Source of the DNA: Chiloscyllium plagiosum
Lineage: Eukaryota
Direction: 5' to 3'
Assembly: GCF_004010195.1 (NCBI RefSeq)
Contig: NC_057751.1
Span: forward strand, 13,213,659-13,277,658
DNA: 64,000 nucleotides
The notes below the pieces were generated by a model. That model did no database searches. It worked only from the letters and a program-made list of their open reading frames with translations, and had not been told where the DNA came from. A program made the translations under genes and the position numbers. Numbering within the stretch: position 1 is the first letter of the stretch; each line of letters opens with the position of its first letter. Positions 36,750 to 50,177 of the stretch are shown in pieces.

Positions 36750-39105
36750 TTTCCAAACTTAATTCATGTGAAGCAGGTGTGGTCAATGAGGGTTGTTCAT
36801 CCATAGTTGCCTTTGAGAAGTTTGTGGTGAGCTGCCTTCTTGAACCATTGCAATCAACAGTGTGTAGGTAGAGGTCTTGAGAAGATTTGTCGCTCAGGCT
36901 GCGGATGACGTCATTGATTTGTTTGATGATCCAGTGTGTTTTTCTGCAAACATTTCATCACCTCGCTAGGTGACATCATAAGTGCATCTTTAATAAGGTG
37001 TTGGTGGTCTGTTCCACTTGGTATTTATATATCACTGTTTGTTGGTACCTGCAGTTCTGTATCTGAGTGGTTTGTATATGAGATCCAGTTCAATGTGTCT
37101 ATTGATTGAGTTCCGATTGAAGTGACAGGCTTCAAGGAATTCTCTGGTATGTCTCTGGTTTGCTTGTGCTTGGATGGTTACATCGTCCCAGGTGAATTTG
37201 TGTCCTTTGTTGTCTGTGTGGTTAGAAATGAGAGTGCTGGATGTGGCAAGCTGATGTTCATGCACTAAATGGTCAGTTTTCTTCCTGTTTGTCCTATGTA
37301 GTGTTTTTCAGTCTTTGCAGGATATCTTGTAGATAACATTCATCCTGTTGGATGTGGGAGTCGGGTCTTCAACCTTTGTGAGGAACTGGTGGAAGGTGTT
37401 TACTGGTTTGTGGGTCACTAAGATTCCCAGGGGTCTGAGTTGTCCGTGAGTTATCTCTGATATGTCTTTGAAGTAGGTACCCCACAATTCCGCCGTTTGG
37501 GAGGGAATTACAGGACTTTGAACCAGCAACACTGAAGGAACAATGATATATTTTCAAGTCAGAATGGTGAGACCTGGTAGGTGGTGGTGTTTTTGTGTAT
37601 TTGCTACCCTTGTTCTTCTAGATGGTCATGATCATGGGTTTGGAAGGCATGTCTAAGAGCTTTGGTGAACTTTGCAGTATGTCTTGCAGAAAATACTCAG
37701 TGACAGTAGTGGAGGGAATAGATAATTATGGATGTGGTGCCAATCAAGCTGGCTGCTTTCTCTGGATGGTATTAAGCTTTTTGAGTGTTGTTAGAGCTCC
37801 ACTCATCCAAGTAATAGGGAGTGTTCCATCAGACTCCTAACTTGTGCCTTGTAGATGGTGAACAGGCTTTGGGGCGGAAGGATGTGAATGACTCATTGCA
37901 GGACTCCTAACCTTTGACATGCTCTTGTTGCCACAGTTCCTGTATAGCTCATCCAGTTCAGTTTCTGGTCAATGGTAACCCTAGAATGATGATAACACAT
38001 GCTCCCGTGACATGAATTCCATTAAATATGAAGGGATGACAGTTCATCTCTCCTAGTAAATATAATCATTGTCTGAAATTAGAATGATCTGACTGTTACT
38101 TGGCATTTGTCAGCCCAAACATGGATATTGTCCAAATCCTACTGCATTTGGATATAGACTGCTTCAGTGTCTGAGGAATCATTAGTAGTGCTGAACATTG
38201 TGCAATCATTTCCAAACATTCCCACATTTGATCTTTTGATGGATGCCAAGTTCATTGGCAAAGCAGTCCAAGACAGTAGGGCCGAGGACAATATCCTGTG
38301 AAACTTGTGCATGAATGTCTCGCATCTCAGATGACCCATCTTCCAAAAACTACAACCATCTTTCTTTGAGCCAAGTATGACTCCAACCAGTGAAGAGTTT
38401 TCCCTTTGATTCCCATTTTGCTCGGGCTCTTTGATTCCACACGCACTCAGAAATTAATATCAAGGGCAGCCATTCTCACCTCATCACTGGAATTTGGCTC
38501 TTTTGACCAAGGTTGAACCAAGGTTCAAATGATGTCAGGAGGTAGATGGTCCTGGCAGAACCCAAACTGAGTGTCAGTGAGCAGGTTATTGTGAAGCAAG
38601 TGCATTTGATAGCACTGATGACACCTTCCATCATATCACTCATGATCTAGAGTAGATTAATGGGACAGTAATTAGCCATGTTTGATTTGTCCAGCGTTTT
38701 GTGTACAGGACAACATGGGCAATTTTCACACTATCAGGTAGATGCCAGTGATGTAAGCTGCACTAGAAGAGCTTGGCTAAGGGTGCGGCCAGTTATGGAG
38801 CACACATTTTCATTATTATTGCATAACTGTTGTTCAGGCTTATAACCTTGGCAGTATCCACAGCTTCCAAACATTTCATTTTGCATGGTTGAATGGAATT
38901 GACTGAACATTGACATTTGTGATGCTGGTGAATTATGGAAGAAGCCAATATGAATCATCGACTTGGTATTACCAACTGAAGACTGTTGCAAATGATTTAG
39001 CTTTATGTTTTGCACTGATGTGCTGGGATCATCCATTATTGAGGATGGGGATATTTGTGGTGTTACCTCCTCCAGTAAGTTGATTAATTGTCCGCCATTG
39101 TCACA
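36750..39105 (-). mobile_element. L2/CR1-group LINE (same family as 26030-27745), interrupted by a PLE
   Basis: Colinear with 26040-27740; the sequence tgtgtaggta|...|gtaggtacccc is split by the PLE insert. Confidence 0.75.
36871..37471 (-). mobile_element. Penelope-like element 3' fragment (GIY-YIG) with terminal hammerhead remnant
   Basis: NVIYKISCKD...YIGQTGRKL...HEHQLA...HKFTWDDVTI...TREFLEA...SINRHIEL; hammerhead-like motif at 36945-36986. Confidence 0.85.
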
Positions 39106-39686
39106 ATCCTAAATTCAAACTTGATTGGAGGTTGTCATCTTGGGGCTTAGTTAAAACTGATTGGCCGAATTTGAATTTGTTTTTTTTGTCTCACAGTAAC
39201 CCAGGTATTGCTAGCTGCTAGACCAAATGTTACATTGTAAATTCTCCAGCACTCTGTGTGCTTACGAAGTCCTTCATAATACCCCTTACACCTTCATAAT
39301 ACTAAGCCCAAATCTGAGCCTCCAACAAGGACAAGATTATGAGACGTATGTGGTATGTTTTGGGAAGTCAATATGACAAACCTCAGAAGTAATAGTGTAG
39401 ATCATAATTCAATGTACTGGCCTAATGGATGACTAACCTCTAGTGATGGTTATTGAGAGGTATTGATAAATTTGAAGTACAAGGATTTATGCTTTTCTCT
39501 CTGTAAGTGCAAACTTGTGAGAGAGACTCAGACCTGTAATTAACTCTCTTTTTTCCAAGTTCAGCCACTCTGCATGCAGTTTCCTTGTTAATAAAGACCG
39601 ATTATTTTGCCAGACCAAGTTTTGTTGAATTTTTGTTGAGTTTGTTTCGCTCTCAGTCCGGTAGCGAGTTTTAATCCATTTCTACA
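39106..39686 (+). mobile_element. Putative LTR, 5' end unresolved
   Basis: AATAAA at ~39590, ends in ...TTTCTACA, and is followed 2 nt later by TGG plus a tRNA-complementary sequence (PBS geometry). Confidence 0.45.
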
Positions 39687-39688
39687 TT

Positions 39689-39745
39689 TGGTGCTGTGAG
39701 CAAGGTTTGAACCTCGTGGGGAAACCCCATTGGATTTCAAATCCA
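39689..39745 (-). pseudogene. tRNA-Ser 3' fragment with encoded CCA (retrocopy or extended PBS)
   Basis: Minus strand TGGATTTGAAATCCAATGGGGTTTCCCCACGAGGTTCAAACCTTGCTCACAGCACCA gives the anticodon arm, long variable arm, T arm and acceptor 3' strand of vertebrate tRNA-Ser (TCACAGC acceptor, recalled as the CGA isoacceptor); the D arm is missing. Confidence 0.8.
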
Positions 39746-40910
39746 TTTCTACAGATAGCCATGTAACAGTCGTACACAATCTGAAGGGAGTTGCCCGAGG
39801 AGTAACCATTGTTGACTCAAGACCTCATGAAGTATCATGGCATCAGCTGAAATGTGGCCAAGGAAACATCCAGCTGATTATCAGACTGAACCACCCCCCA
39901 AATCCCTGATGAGACAATACTCCCCCATAATGAACATCAAGAAAGCAGTGAGGGTGGCAATGGGTGCAGAAGGTACTCTGGCTGGACGACATCTATCCAT
40001 GAGTGCAGCACAATAGTGAAAATAACTGTATTGAGGCTGGTGCCCCATCACCAAGTCACCCTTCATTTATACACAAACAGTCCTTGACTTCAATACTGCC
40101 TCTTCAGAATCCATTTCCCCGAATGTCAGCATCTCTAACTCTTCTCTTTTTATCTATTAGCCAGGGCACCCTGATTGGACAAGATTAACAGCCCCAATCA
40201 GGGAACTCATTCTATGAGATCCAGCTGGCTTTACCTTATTACAATCACTACACCATTTCCCCTCTGAGTCCGAGGACATAGGCCGATCTTTATTCTTGGA
40301 GAGCCTCACGGGCGTTTTTGTACCAGGTTAGGTTCTTTCAACTTGGTGTCTGATACAATCGGCATATAACACTTGGGAGCTTGCCTCTTGCACCAGAAGC
40401 ACTTTGGTAGAACTTCACACTCCTTTTTTAACAGCAAAGGCATTGAAGCAGCTACATCTGTCATGTCCACCTCAGATTCTGAGGACTTGTCAATGTTTAA
40501 CGGATACAGGGCTCTGGCAGCTTTTCCAAATGACCCAAGGGTCAGAGCATGTTTTGTTCCTTCAACATTTGTAAATCAGCACTTCCATATGGTCCAAAAG
40601 CTTGTTCACGACTATTGCACCTACCCAAACCTCACACATTACTGGTCCCGATCTAGCGTTGACCATAACCTCCTTACCCATTTTCATGATTCTTACACCA
40701 AACTGTCTCAAACCGTCTGTCTCGCTTGGCAGAGTTTTGTGTCCAGCTGTGGCCTTTCTGATACCATTTCACCACCAACCCACCCACCCAAACCCCCCTG
40801 CCATCAGACTTAATCTGGTATGGAGTCTTCTACACATAAGTAACTCTGCTGATGCTATCCCTATAGTTGCATATAGGAGAGTCCTGTAATGAATTAAGAA
40901 CAGTGATTAT

Positions 40911-41117
40911 AAACAGAAATTGCTGGAAAAGCTGAGCAGGTCTGGCAGCATTTGTGGAGAGAAATCAGAATTGACGTTTCGGGTTGAGTGACTCTTCCTA
41001 AGAACCTTCCTTCTTAGAAAGGGTTACTTGACAAAAACGTTAACTCTGATTTCTCTCCACAGATGCTGCTAGACCCGTTGAGCTTTTCCAGCAATTTCTA
41101 CTTTTGTTTCTGATTTC
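40911..41117 (+). mobile_element. PLE-derived hairpin element family C, nested in the Gypsy element
   Basis: Inverted arms agaaattgctggaaaagct... / ...agcttttccagcaatttct; minus-strand cttagga-a-gagt(cactc)aaccc-GAAACGTC at 40973-41002. Confidence 0.8.
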
Positions 41118-41219
41118 AATTTTTATTGAAGAACTGAGACATCTTGGTATCTAGCTTGTTTCTCCAAGCCAGCCTTCAAAGTTTGGACTGCTTTTTCTGG
41201 GCCATTGGTAATGGGTGCT

Positions 41220-41516
41220 TTTTTTTTCTTTATTCATTTACAGGACGAGGTCATCATTGATCTGTAATCGCCCAGAGGGCAGTTATGAGTCAATCACATT
41301 GCTGTGGGTCTGGGCTCACATATAGGAAATGAGTGAACGAGATGGGCTTTCCTGACAATGGATTCATGGTCATCGTCAGACTCCTAATTCCAGATATTTT
41401 TATTGAATTTAAATTCCACCATCTGCCGTCACGGGATTCGAACCTGGGTGCCCAAGCATTATCTGGGTCTCTGGGTTGACAGTCCAGTGATAAGACCACT
41501 AGGCCATCACCTCTCC
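41220..41516 (-). mobile_element. tRNA-derived SINE (family 2), nested in the Gypsy element
   Basis: Minus strand TGGCCTAGTGG A box and GGTTCGAATCC B box; homologous to 21385-21752. Confidence 0.8.
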
Positions 41517-41796
41517 ATGGAGATATGTCCTTATATGTTGAATCCCATTCAACTTTAGGAAGTAACCAAATTTCCTGATGCTAAACGATAGCCCACTACC
41601 TGTGACCACCACTTCCAGGACTGTATGTGTTGGAAAAGATGTGCACAGTTTTTCTATCATCGTACCCACTTTTGACGGATGGACCTATGCATATCCAACC
41701 ACTTCAAATCTACAATGAAAAAGAACACTGAATCCATGAAAGAACCTGCACAGTCGATGTGCAACTAAATCGAAGGTTTACCCAAATTTACCATGG

Positions 41797-41799
<3 letters not shown>

Positions 41800-41827
<28 letters not shown>

Positions 41828-41838
41828 GGGGGGGGGGG
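41800..41838. repeat. (GT)n microsatellite followed by a G run
   Basis: Direct inspection. Confidence 0.95.
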
Positions 41839-43639
41839 AGAAATGTGTGGAGGCTGTTGGCAATAATTTTTGTCCTTGTTGGCACTCTGGGCACTGCCCC
41901 AATGCAACACTATCTGCTACCAGGCCAGGCTGCTAGACCCTAGTGGAATTCAGCCAGTATTTTGACAATGTCCTTTGTTCGGGTCAATCACTCTTGCTCC
42001 CCATAACAATATGCTGCCCTCCACTGGGAGCTGGTCTAGTTGTGATGGCTCTTTGGTTTCCTCCATCACCACCCACTGTTTCAATTTTGACAGGATGAGA
42101 TCTTTCTGCGTTTGAAGTCCAATATTGTCACCTGTGACTGTGATGTCACCAGTGGCCTATCTGCTAATGAGAAGCATTTCAATGCATCTGTATTCGCGAG
42201 TCGACGTCCAGGATGGTGTTCTAACTTGTAATTATAAGCACTTAGTATGAGAGACCACTGCTGAATGTCGCCCAAAACTATGGGTAGCACTGCCTTGTTC
42301 TCTTTAAACAGATCAAGGCGGGGTTTGTGGTTTGTTATTATCACAAATTTTCATCCAAAAAGGTATTGGTGGAACTTTTGACTCCGTATATGACCACCAA
42401 TCCTTCTTTCTCCATCTGAGCATAATTATACTCTGCATTAGCTGAAGTCCTGAATGCTATTGGGTGTTCCTCTCCATTCGGTCACCTATGAACTAATACC
42501 ATCCTGATGCTGTACGGGGAGGCATCACATGTCAATACCAGATCTTTTGTGGGATTACAATGTGCCAACACCCAAGATAATAATAACTGTTTCTTTACTT
42601 CAGCGAAAGTTAGGCCTCGTCTGACTATTTCCAGGGCTGATCCATTTTTCAGAGTTGATGCAAAGGTACCAGGATGCAGGCCAAGTAAAGTAGGAACATC
42701 CCATAATAATTTACCAGCCCAAGAAATGACAGGCATGCGAGCTGGAGCACCTTTCATCACCTTCACTTTATCTTTCAACAGATGAGAATACGTTCTAAGT
42801 GAGGTTATGCACTCAAGTGTTGTGCCCCAAACTCGGTCGGACTGACAAGAGTGTCTCTTTCCAATGGAATATCCTGCATCTCATCTGCTTCATTGCTGCA
42901 TTTTCCAATGATAAAGTCAGTAGTAACGCCTGTTTGAAATCCAGTTGAGCTTCAACTAGGAAGCATTTTTTCATAATCACATTATTACTCCCACAGACCA
43001 AATGGTCTTGAAACATCTCATTAGGGTTAAACCAAAATCTCCTGCTTCTGCCAGTAATCTTAACCTGGTCAAAAATCCTGATATGGATCTCCCTGGTTCT
43101 CGATTTGCTGAGTGAAAACGAAAGCATCTCAGCATTAGAAGCAGCTTGGGAGGTCATAGTATTCTTTAACTATGTCCATTAATCCTTGAAAGGTTTGGTA
43201 TCTGGTGCTTCAGGAAAAGTTATGCTCCTAATAACAGAAAAAGCTGCAGCTCTACATATTGTCAGGAGAATTACTTGTTGCTTTTCATCTGCCACAATGT
43301 CATTTGCCCGGAAAAAATACAGCATTCTTTCCACCGAGTTGGGCCGAGTCCGCAACAGCAGGGTTAAACAAGTCAAACTTCCCAAATAAAGGCAGAATGT
43401 AAGAAATGCTTACCCCAAGTCAAAGATGACTGTCGTGAACGAGTTTTCTCAGGAACGTGCTTTACTCTTGTCACCAATGAAATAACCCCACAGAGACTGG
43501 CATCCAGTCACCAAGTCACCCTTTGTTTACACATGAACAGTCTTTGACTTTAGTGCTGCTTCTTCAGCTCCCAGAATGTCAGCATTTCTGACACTATTCA
43601 AACCTTGTCACAGTCAAAAGAGCAGTGTCACTATGAACT

Positions 43640-44965
43640 ATGCTGGTGGAGTCCTAAAAGGTGGAGCTGATAGATTCTATCTGTAGCAAGTGATGAGGGA
43701 ACCAACAGGAAGGAAGAATATAACTGACCTTATCCTCACCAATCTGTCAGCAGCTGATATGTTTGTCCAGAACAGTGTCAGGAGGAGTGACTGCTGCACA
43801 GTCCTAACAGAAACAAAGGCCTATCTTAACATTAAGGAAAACCTCCATCGTCTTGAATGGCACCATGCTGAGGGTACTTTTGAACAAATTTAGAAACTCA
43901 AAATTCAGCATCCATGAGGCAGGGTTAGCCATTATCAACAGCAAAATTGTACTTAAACACAATCTTCAACTTCACAGGTGAGCACATTCCCCATTCTACC
44001 ATTGCTTTTAAGCCAGGAAATCAACTCTGGTTCAATGAGAAGTGCAGAAGGGCATACCTTGAGCAGCACGAGGCATGTCTAAAAATGAGGTGTCAACCTG
44101 GTCAAGCTACAACACAGGATTCCTTGTGTTGCCTTGCAGCACAGTAGCAAATGATCACGCAATTAATGGACCAGATTGAATCACTGCAGTCCTACCACAT
44201 TAAATGGTGAATGATGATCAACAAGTAAACTCACTGGACAAGGAGGCTCCACAAATAACCCCATTCTCAATGATGGGGGAGCCAAAGACATCAGTACAAA
44301 AGAAAAGGCGAAAGCACTTGCAACAATCTTCAGAAGGAATTGTCAAATGGGTGATTGCTCCTTGCTTCCTAGCGTCTCAGGTGCCAATCTTGATTCAATT
44401 CAATTCATTCCATATGATATGAAGAAATGGGTGAAGGCACTAGATATTGCAAGGACAAGAGAACCCAGTAACTTAAGGCAATAATCCTGAAAACGTGTGC
44501 TGCACAACTTGTTGCAGCCTTAGCCAGACTATTCCAGGACAACTACAACAGTGGCATTTAACCAACAATGCGGAACATTGCCAGATATGCCCTGTATATA
44601 AAAGCAGGACAAATTCAACCTGGCCAATTATTGTAAAATTATGGTGTCATCAACTGTGCAAACAAGCAGAATCTGTTTAGCAATAACCTGCTCCCTGACA
44701 CTCGCTTTGGGTTCCACCAGGGCTTCTCCACTCCTGACCTCATTACAACCTTGGCATGAACATGGACAAAAGAACTAAAATCTGGAGAAGAGGTGAGAGT
44801 GACTGTCCTTGAAATCAAGGCTGATTTGACTAAATGTTGCACCGAGAAACCCTAACAAAACTAGAGTCAATGGTGATGAGGAGTAAACATTCTGTTAGTT
44901 GGAGTCCTGAGGAGGCTAAGGGAAGATGTTTGTGGTCATTAGAGGTCAGTCATCTCAGCTGCAGG
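43640..44965 (+). mobile_element. L2/CR1-group LINE ORF2 fragment
   Basis: DLILTNL..SD (APE C-terminus), WFNEKCRRA, and tttgggttccaccagggc...cctgacctcattaca as in 27135-27371. Confidence 0.75.
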
Positions 44966-45530
44966 CATAATTATTATAGTGCAGAAGGAAGCCATTTATC
45001 TCACTGTGTCTTTGGTAGCTCTCTTGAGTATTTTGACTTGGTGCCAATTTCCTGTCTTTTCCATGTCACCTTGCACATTGTTTCTATTTAAAGCATTATC
45101 CACTTAGCCCTTGAGTTGCTAATTGAATTGCCTCTACACACTTCAGGCAGTGTATTCCGTACCCTAAAATTTGCTGCAATAAGTAGTTATTCAAACCTCA
45201 CATCTGCGTTTCTTTTGCAAAACATATCCATACCCTCTTGTTCTCTGAGCAGCTTATAAGTGGCAGTACGTTGTCCCTATCCACTCTGTCCAGATCTCAA
45301 ATAATTTTGAAAACTTATATCGCATTTCTTCTTAGCCTTCTCCTCTACAAGGTAAACAGGCCTAACTTCTCCAATTTTTCCTCATAACTGGAGTGTCTCA
45401 TGCCTGGAATCATTCTTATAGACCTCTCCTGCACTCTCTCTACTGCATTCACTTGCTGCCAAAATTGTGGCACCCAGAACAGAATGTGGTCCCAAGAACT
45501 GTACACAATACTCCAACGTTTTATGCAAGT
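44966..45530 (-). mobile_element. CR1 LINE 3' end fragment
   Basis: LEYCVQFLGPH and ERVQERSIRMIPGMRHSSYEEKLEKLGLFTL. Confidence 0.75.
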
Positions 45531-48500
45531 CAAATTGGACCCAAAAATCTTGAGAAATATTAGGACAATTGCCAAGTTTGGCCCAAGCATTCATTCAACA
45601 GGAAAGATGAAAAACAACACATGCCAGATTTGGAATAGTGAAAGTTAAAGGGTTGGAAGAACTGACAGACATCGTAATTTGAGATCATGTATGAAAATTT
45701 AAAATTCGAACCGCTGGACTCGCAACCAGCGCTGGCCAGAAGCATGAGATGGATGGGTGAATGAGAGTGGGCTGCAAAGATTTTGATTTTGTCTGCAGGA
45801 AGCCATATTTCATGTAACAGTCACTTAGCATATAGCACTGTCGTGTCTGCAGAATGTTAAAATAATTATTTTTAGGTAGAAGAATAATCATCGGTCAGGA
45901 TACCAGCATAAACTTGGGACTTTTCAGAGAGCTTCTGACTTTGAGGGTGGCATTATTGAACCACAATGACATGCAATTTAAATTTCCCACTCTGGTTCAT
46001 ATTTTGCATGGAGGTGAGGGGAGAAAGGGGAACTCGTGCATGCACGGTGGAGTTTAGTAGAATAAGAGATGATCTCATTCAAACACCCAAATTTCTTCAG
46101 GCTCAATAAGGAAGGAAGGATAAAAGCAAAATACTACAGATTCTGGAGATCTGGTCAAAAGTGCGAAGAAGGGAAAACTAATTTTAGGAAATTGTTTTCA
46201 CTATCTGAAAAGGTGGTGAAAGCATTTGCAACACTAACTTTTCAAAAAGTAGATATTTGGCTCTGTGGCACGGTGGTGGTTTTCCTACCTTTGAGCCAGG
46301 CTGCCCAGGTTCATAAAAGGAAAGTATCGTGGAACTTTTGGTTTTCTGAGCTCAATGAATGTTGAAAAGCATTTTACAGAAATATTAATTGCTTAAGTAT
46401 ACTGTAACTGATCTATAAGCAGTTATCATAGATAGTTATAGAGTGCAACCATAATTTATTTTACAGTGAAATATTTCCAGTTGTTACTAAGTTAACTGTT
46501 TGGCCTCATGACGACTAGATAGTTTGTTCCAGAGGTGTGTCGTAACATCCTTGAACAGATTAATTTGAAAATATCTTCAAAAAGATCAGTCCACAAACTT
46601 GAAAAGGAAAATTATGTACAACAACAAGGAACAAGCTGGTGGTTTAGACCAATTGCAACACTTCTCTTTAAAGAATCTGCATAGAGTGTGGAGTTTAAAT
46701 TGGTTTAATGACCCCCATGAAATGTTGCAAGAATCTACAACTCTAATATCAATCTTGGAACCATGTGAAGTTTTGGATCTTGAACCCAAGACTATGGCAA
46801 GAGAAGATCTGAGAATAGCATTCCAGATCTTATAGCAAGTCACAGCAAACATCACAATGTGTGCTGCATGTCTTGAAATAAAAATAATAAATGAGGCAGA
46901 GATTAAAACTGCAGCAGTGATGACTGAACTGTTATTTTCAAATAGATGATCCATCTTGGCTAGTTTGGACCCAAGATTGCCACAATCACAGGTGCCAGTA
47001 AAGTGAAGAGATGTTGGCTGCCTTTTAAGTGATTTAATGACCATGGCATCAAAGAAACATTGCAGATATTGCTGGCTGCACAACTTACTGATCAAACATG
47101 TTCTTGCCATAAATTTCAATTCCCCCCACATCCATGTGCGCAGATGTGCACAGATGTATATGACTGTAAGCCTGATTTCAAAGACTATATTTTAATGATG
47201 AGATATTTGTCAACTCATTACAGTTATACATCAGCTACATTGTGAAAATATTAATGAAGACACAACTTTGTGGCATGATGCAAAACTGTCAATATAAGTT
47301 GAAGCAGCAAAGGAAAGAGGTGAGGGGTTTGTCATTTGAAGAGAGATTTAACAGTTTAGGCTTGTACTGTCTGGAATTGAGATGAGGAGATATTACTTTT
47401 CTCAAAGGATCATGAGTCCATGGAATTCAACACTCCATAGTGCAATGGACACTAGGTCAGTGAATATATTTAAGGAGATAGATTTTTACTTTGCAGCAGT
47501 TAAAAGGTCATGGGTAGTAGCAGGAAAGTGGAGTTCATGCTGAGATAAGGTCAGCTCTGATTGTATTAAATGGCAGAACAGTTTTGAGGGGCTGAATTGC
47601 TCACTCTTGCTCTTAGTTCTAATGTCCAGATGTGAAGATTTACTTTCTTCTCAGAAATCTTTTTGGCAATGCCATAAATCAACCTAAAATTTGTAACACA
47701 TGCACAATCTCAATCCTTTGGAAATGTATCAATTCCTCTTGAAGTCATCTAACATAACAATATCTCAGTAAAACCCCAGAGGGAAAACAGATGTCACTGG
47801 TTTCTCATCTGCAATGTGTCATCCATCATCCTCATGCTACTGCCCCATGCTGCTGGACTGTTTCAGCTACTCAATTTTCGTCTTAATAACTCCATAGTCT
47901 CAGCCCTCTTAAGTCTGTAATGCCTTCAAACCCATGAGCTCTTAATGTTCCAAATCTGGCCTCTCTTATCTCTGAACTCCAAAGTCTGTTTCCATTATGT
48001 ATAACTCTATGACTCTTTTCTTTTAAGACACTCTGTCAGGTATCCTCCTCCGTTGGTACCTGACATCTAATACAGACATGAGATGTGTGCTGGGCCGGCG
48101 AGGGGAAGCGGTAAAACAAAACTGTGATTAGAAACTGTGCATAACAAGCTTCAGAAATGAAAGGTTTCCCACATTCATTTGTAGCCTCAAATATTATTCC
48201 ATGGAAGAGTGACAAGCCAAAACCTTAGCATTTTAATATACAATCAATCAGTCTTCAAATGCTTCCAGCCAGATTCCACACAGAGAAGAGGATGCTATTG
48301 GGATGAATGCAATAACACTTCAAAATATTTTTTCAGCTGAATACCTGGTGCCTCGATTTCTGCACCGTCTTATGTTTGCTCCAAACAAACTTCCAAAATA
48401 ATCCTGTTCACACTTACATGGATTATATATTGTCTGTGTTATATTCTATGTCTTCTTGTTTCACTCATCTATCTCAGTTTACCACTGTCCTCCTCCAATA

Positions 48501-49062
48501 CAATTCTCAAAAGAGATGTATCATCTTCAACTTTTGAAATTTTGTTTCCTGTGCCAAATCCAGGTCATAAATATATTTCAAAAAGAGTTGCAGTCATATT
48601 ACCAAGTCATGGAGGGTTTTCGCCATTATTGCCTTGTCTTACAAGTAATTGGCTCAATTTAGTTTCTGATTTCTCTGCTTTGTCTGTTGGAACATCTTGA
48701 CATGGCTTGAAAATACCTTTTAAGTAAAATGAGAGAGATTGGGAACTGACTGGGTGTGTACTAACTCAAGCCATTCTATAAACCAGCATATGAATGCAAG
48801 TGAATTTCATTTCTTCTGGCACACAATGGTTTATGATTTACAAAATGACTTACAACTGAAATCAAATAGTCAAATATCAAAATCCTTTTACACATATGTT
48901 AAACTGTCTGTTGCCTGAAGAAATCTAAACCACAGACTCTGCACATGATCTTCCATTTTTGTGAATGACTAAAATACTAAACAATTTGTACACTTCTTTT
49001 TAGGAGCACTGACTGACAGTTCCAAAATTAATAGAGTCAATTGTTCCAGAGCAATAAGTTAC

Positions 49063-49152
49063 CTGATTTTTGAAGGCTTGGGGTGCAAGCTGCTTATATA
49101 TTGGTGCAACTTCTGTGGCGAGAGTTTGTAATCTCTCTTTAAGTAAATCTTC
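49063..49152 (-). CDS. tet3: TET3 coding exon, 90 bp
   Basis: cctcag|GAA GAT TTA...AAT CAG|gtaact; translates [30 protein letters not shown]; phase 0/0 fits both neighbouring exons. Confidence 0.95.
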
Positions 49153-50177
49153 CTGAGGGGGAAGAACAATAAATAAATTAATGCCTTGACACATAAAACA
49201 GGACTCATTGCAATAAAATGTATGACGTTTACTACTGGGGTTACTGATTCCCCTGACAATATTTAATTCCATGTGAGAATTAGTCTTTGATAACTTGAAA
49301 CAATTACAATTGAAGTGTTGCTTAAGTTAACTATATTGTGATGTATTGTAGAACCTTACTTGGATTGAATGGAATGTACAGTTAAGTGCAGTTAAACAAA
49401 ATTCAAATACCAACCATAGTTACACAGATTTAGAATTTGCAGTAAACTTCAATTTTACCTCTCATTTGGTAAAGTAATGAATGAAAATTGTTAAAAGTTC
49501 ATTGAATTGTTTCATAATTCGAAGAATCTACCAAATACTAATTGATAATTTGGTTGTCTGCTTTTGCAGTGCCACTCTTGTTTTTCACTGGAAGAAGCAT
49601 CTACAGTTTTTCCTCCCACAGTTGTTCATTAAATTTTATAGTGCTGCTTTCTATTGGATCCTGATAGCTTGTAGCAAAGCCTACAGGGCAAGGAATATGC
49701 CTGGATCAGCCCAAACTTGGAAGATTTGCCAGATAAGTCATTAAGCAATTTTTTTGAAACAGAATGGAACTCAGCTTCATGTTGCAGTGAGAATCCCGGA
49801 ATCCTAATGTTTTTAAAAAAAAAGTCCATGCTGATGTTGGAGTGTATTCTTTGGACTTCTTGAATCTTCAAAAATGAATGATTTCTTGGCTTTTGACTGG
49901 TTTAGTTAACCAACGTAAAAAAGACATCTCAAAACACTCCTCAAACATTTTGCTATTAGCTAAAACTTTGAGTTACTTAGGATGTAAAACTGCCAATCTC
50001 AAGTCCATAGGTTGAGCTTCTTCACAGATGCAAATTTAATTTTAAGGTATCTTGTGGATTTTGGATCCAGGAATGATTTATAATTTGCCACTACTGTAAA
50101 GATGCATTTGTATTTTGCGCTTGTGCATCTTTAATGAAATCTACGTGATTACATCCTAAGGTTGTCAGTGATCTTAT

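Larger units (their letters stand above)
40017..43595 (-). mobile_element. Decayed Gypsy LTR retrotransposon
   Basis: 3' LTR 40017-40252 preceded by PPT AGAGGGGAAATGG; truncated 5' LTR 43478-~43595 followed by PBS-like TGGTGACAAG; gag remnant VERMLYFFRANDIVADEKQQVILL; RNase H remnants LVLTCDASPY and IITNHKP..WSLILSAYNYKLEHHPG. Confidence 0.88.

Noticed and set aside
39689..39745. Functional tRNA-Ser gene
   Set aside because: It lacks the 5' acceptor strand and D arm, has an altered T arm, and encodes CCA.
46586..47131. 181-aa minus-strand ORF in a tet3 intron
   Set aside because: No recognisable domain, and the flanking tet3 exons already join in frame; probably chance or a decayed repeat.
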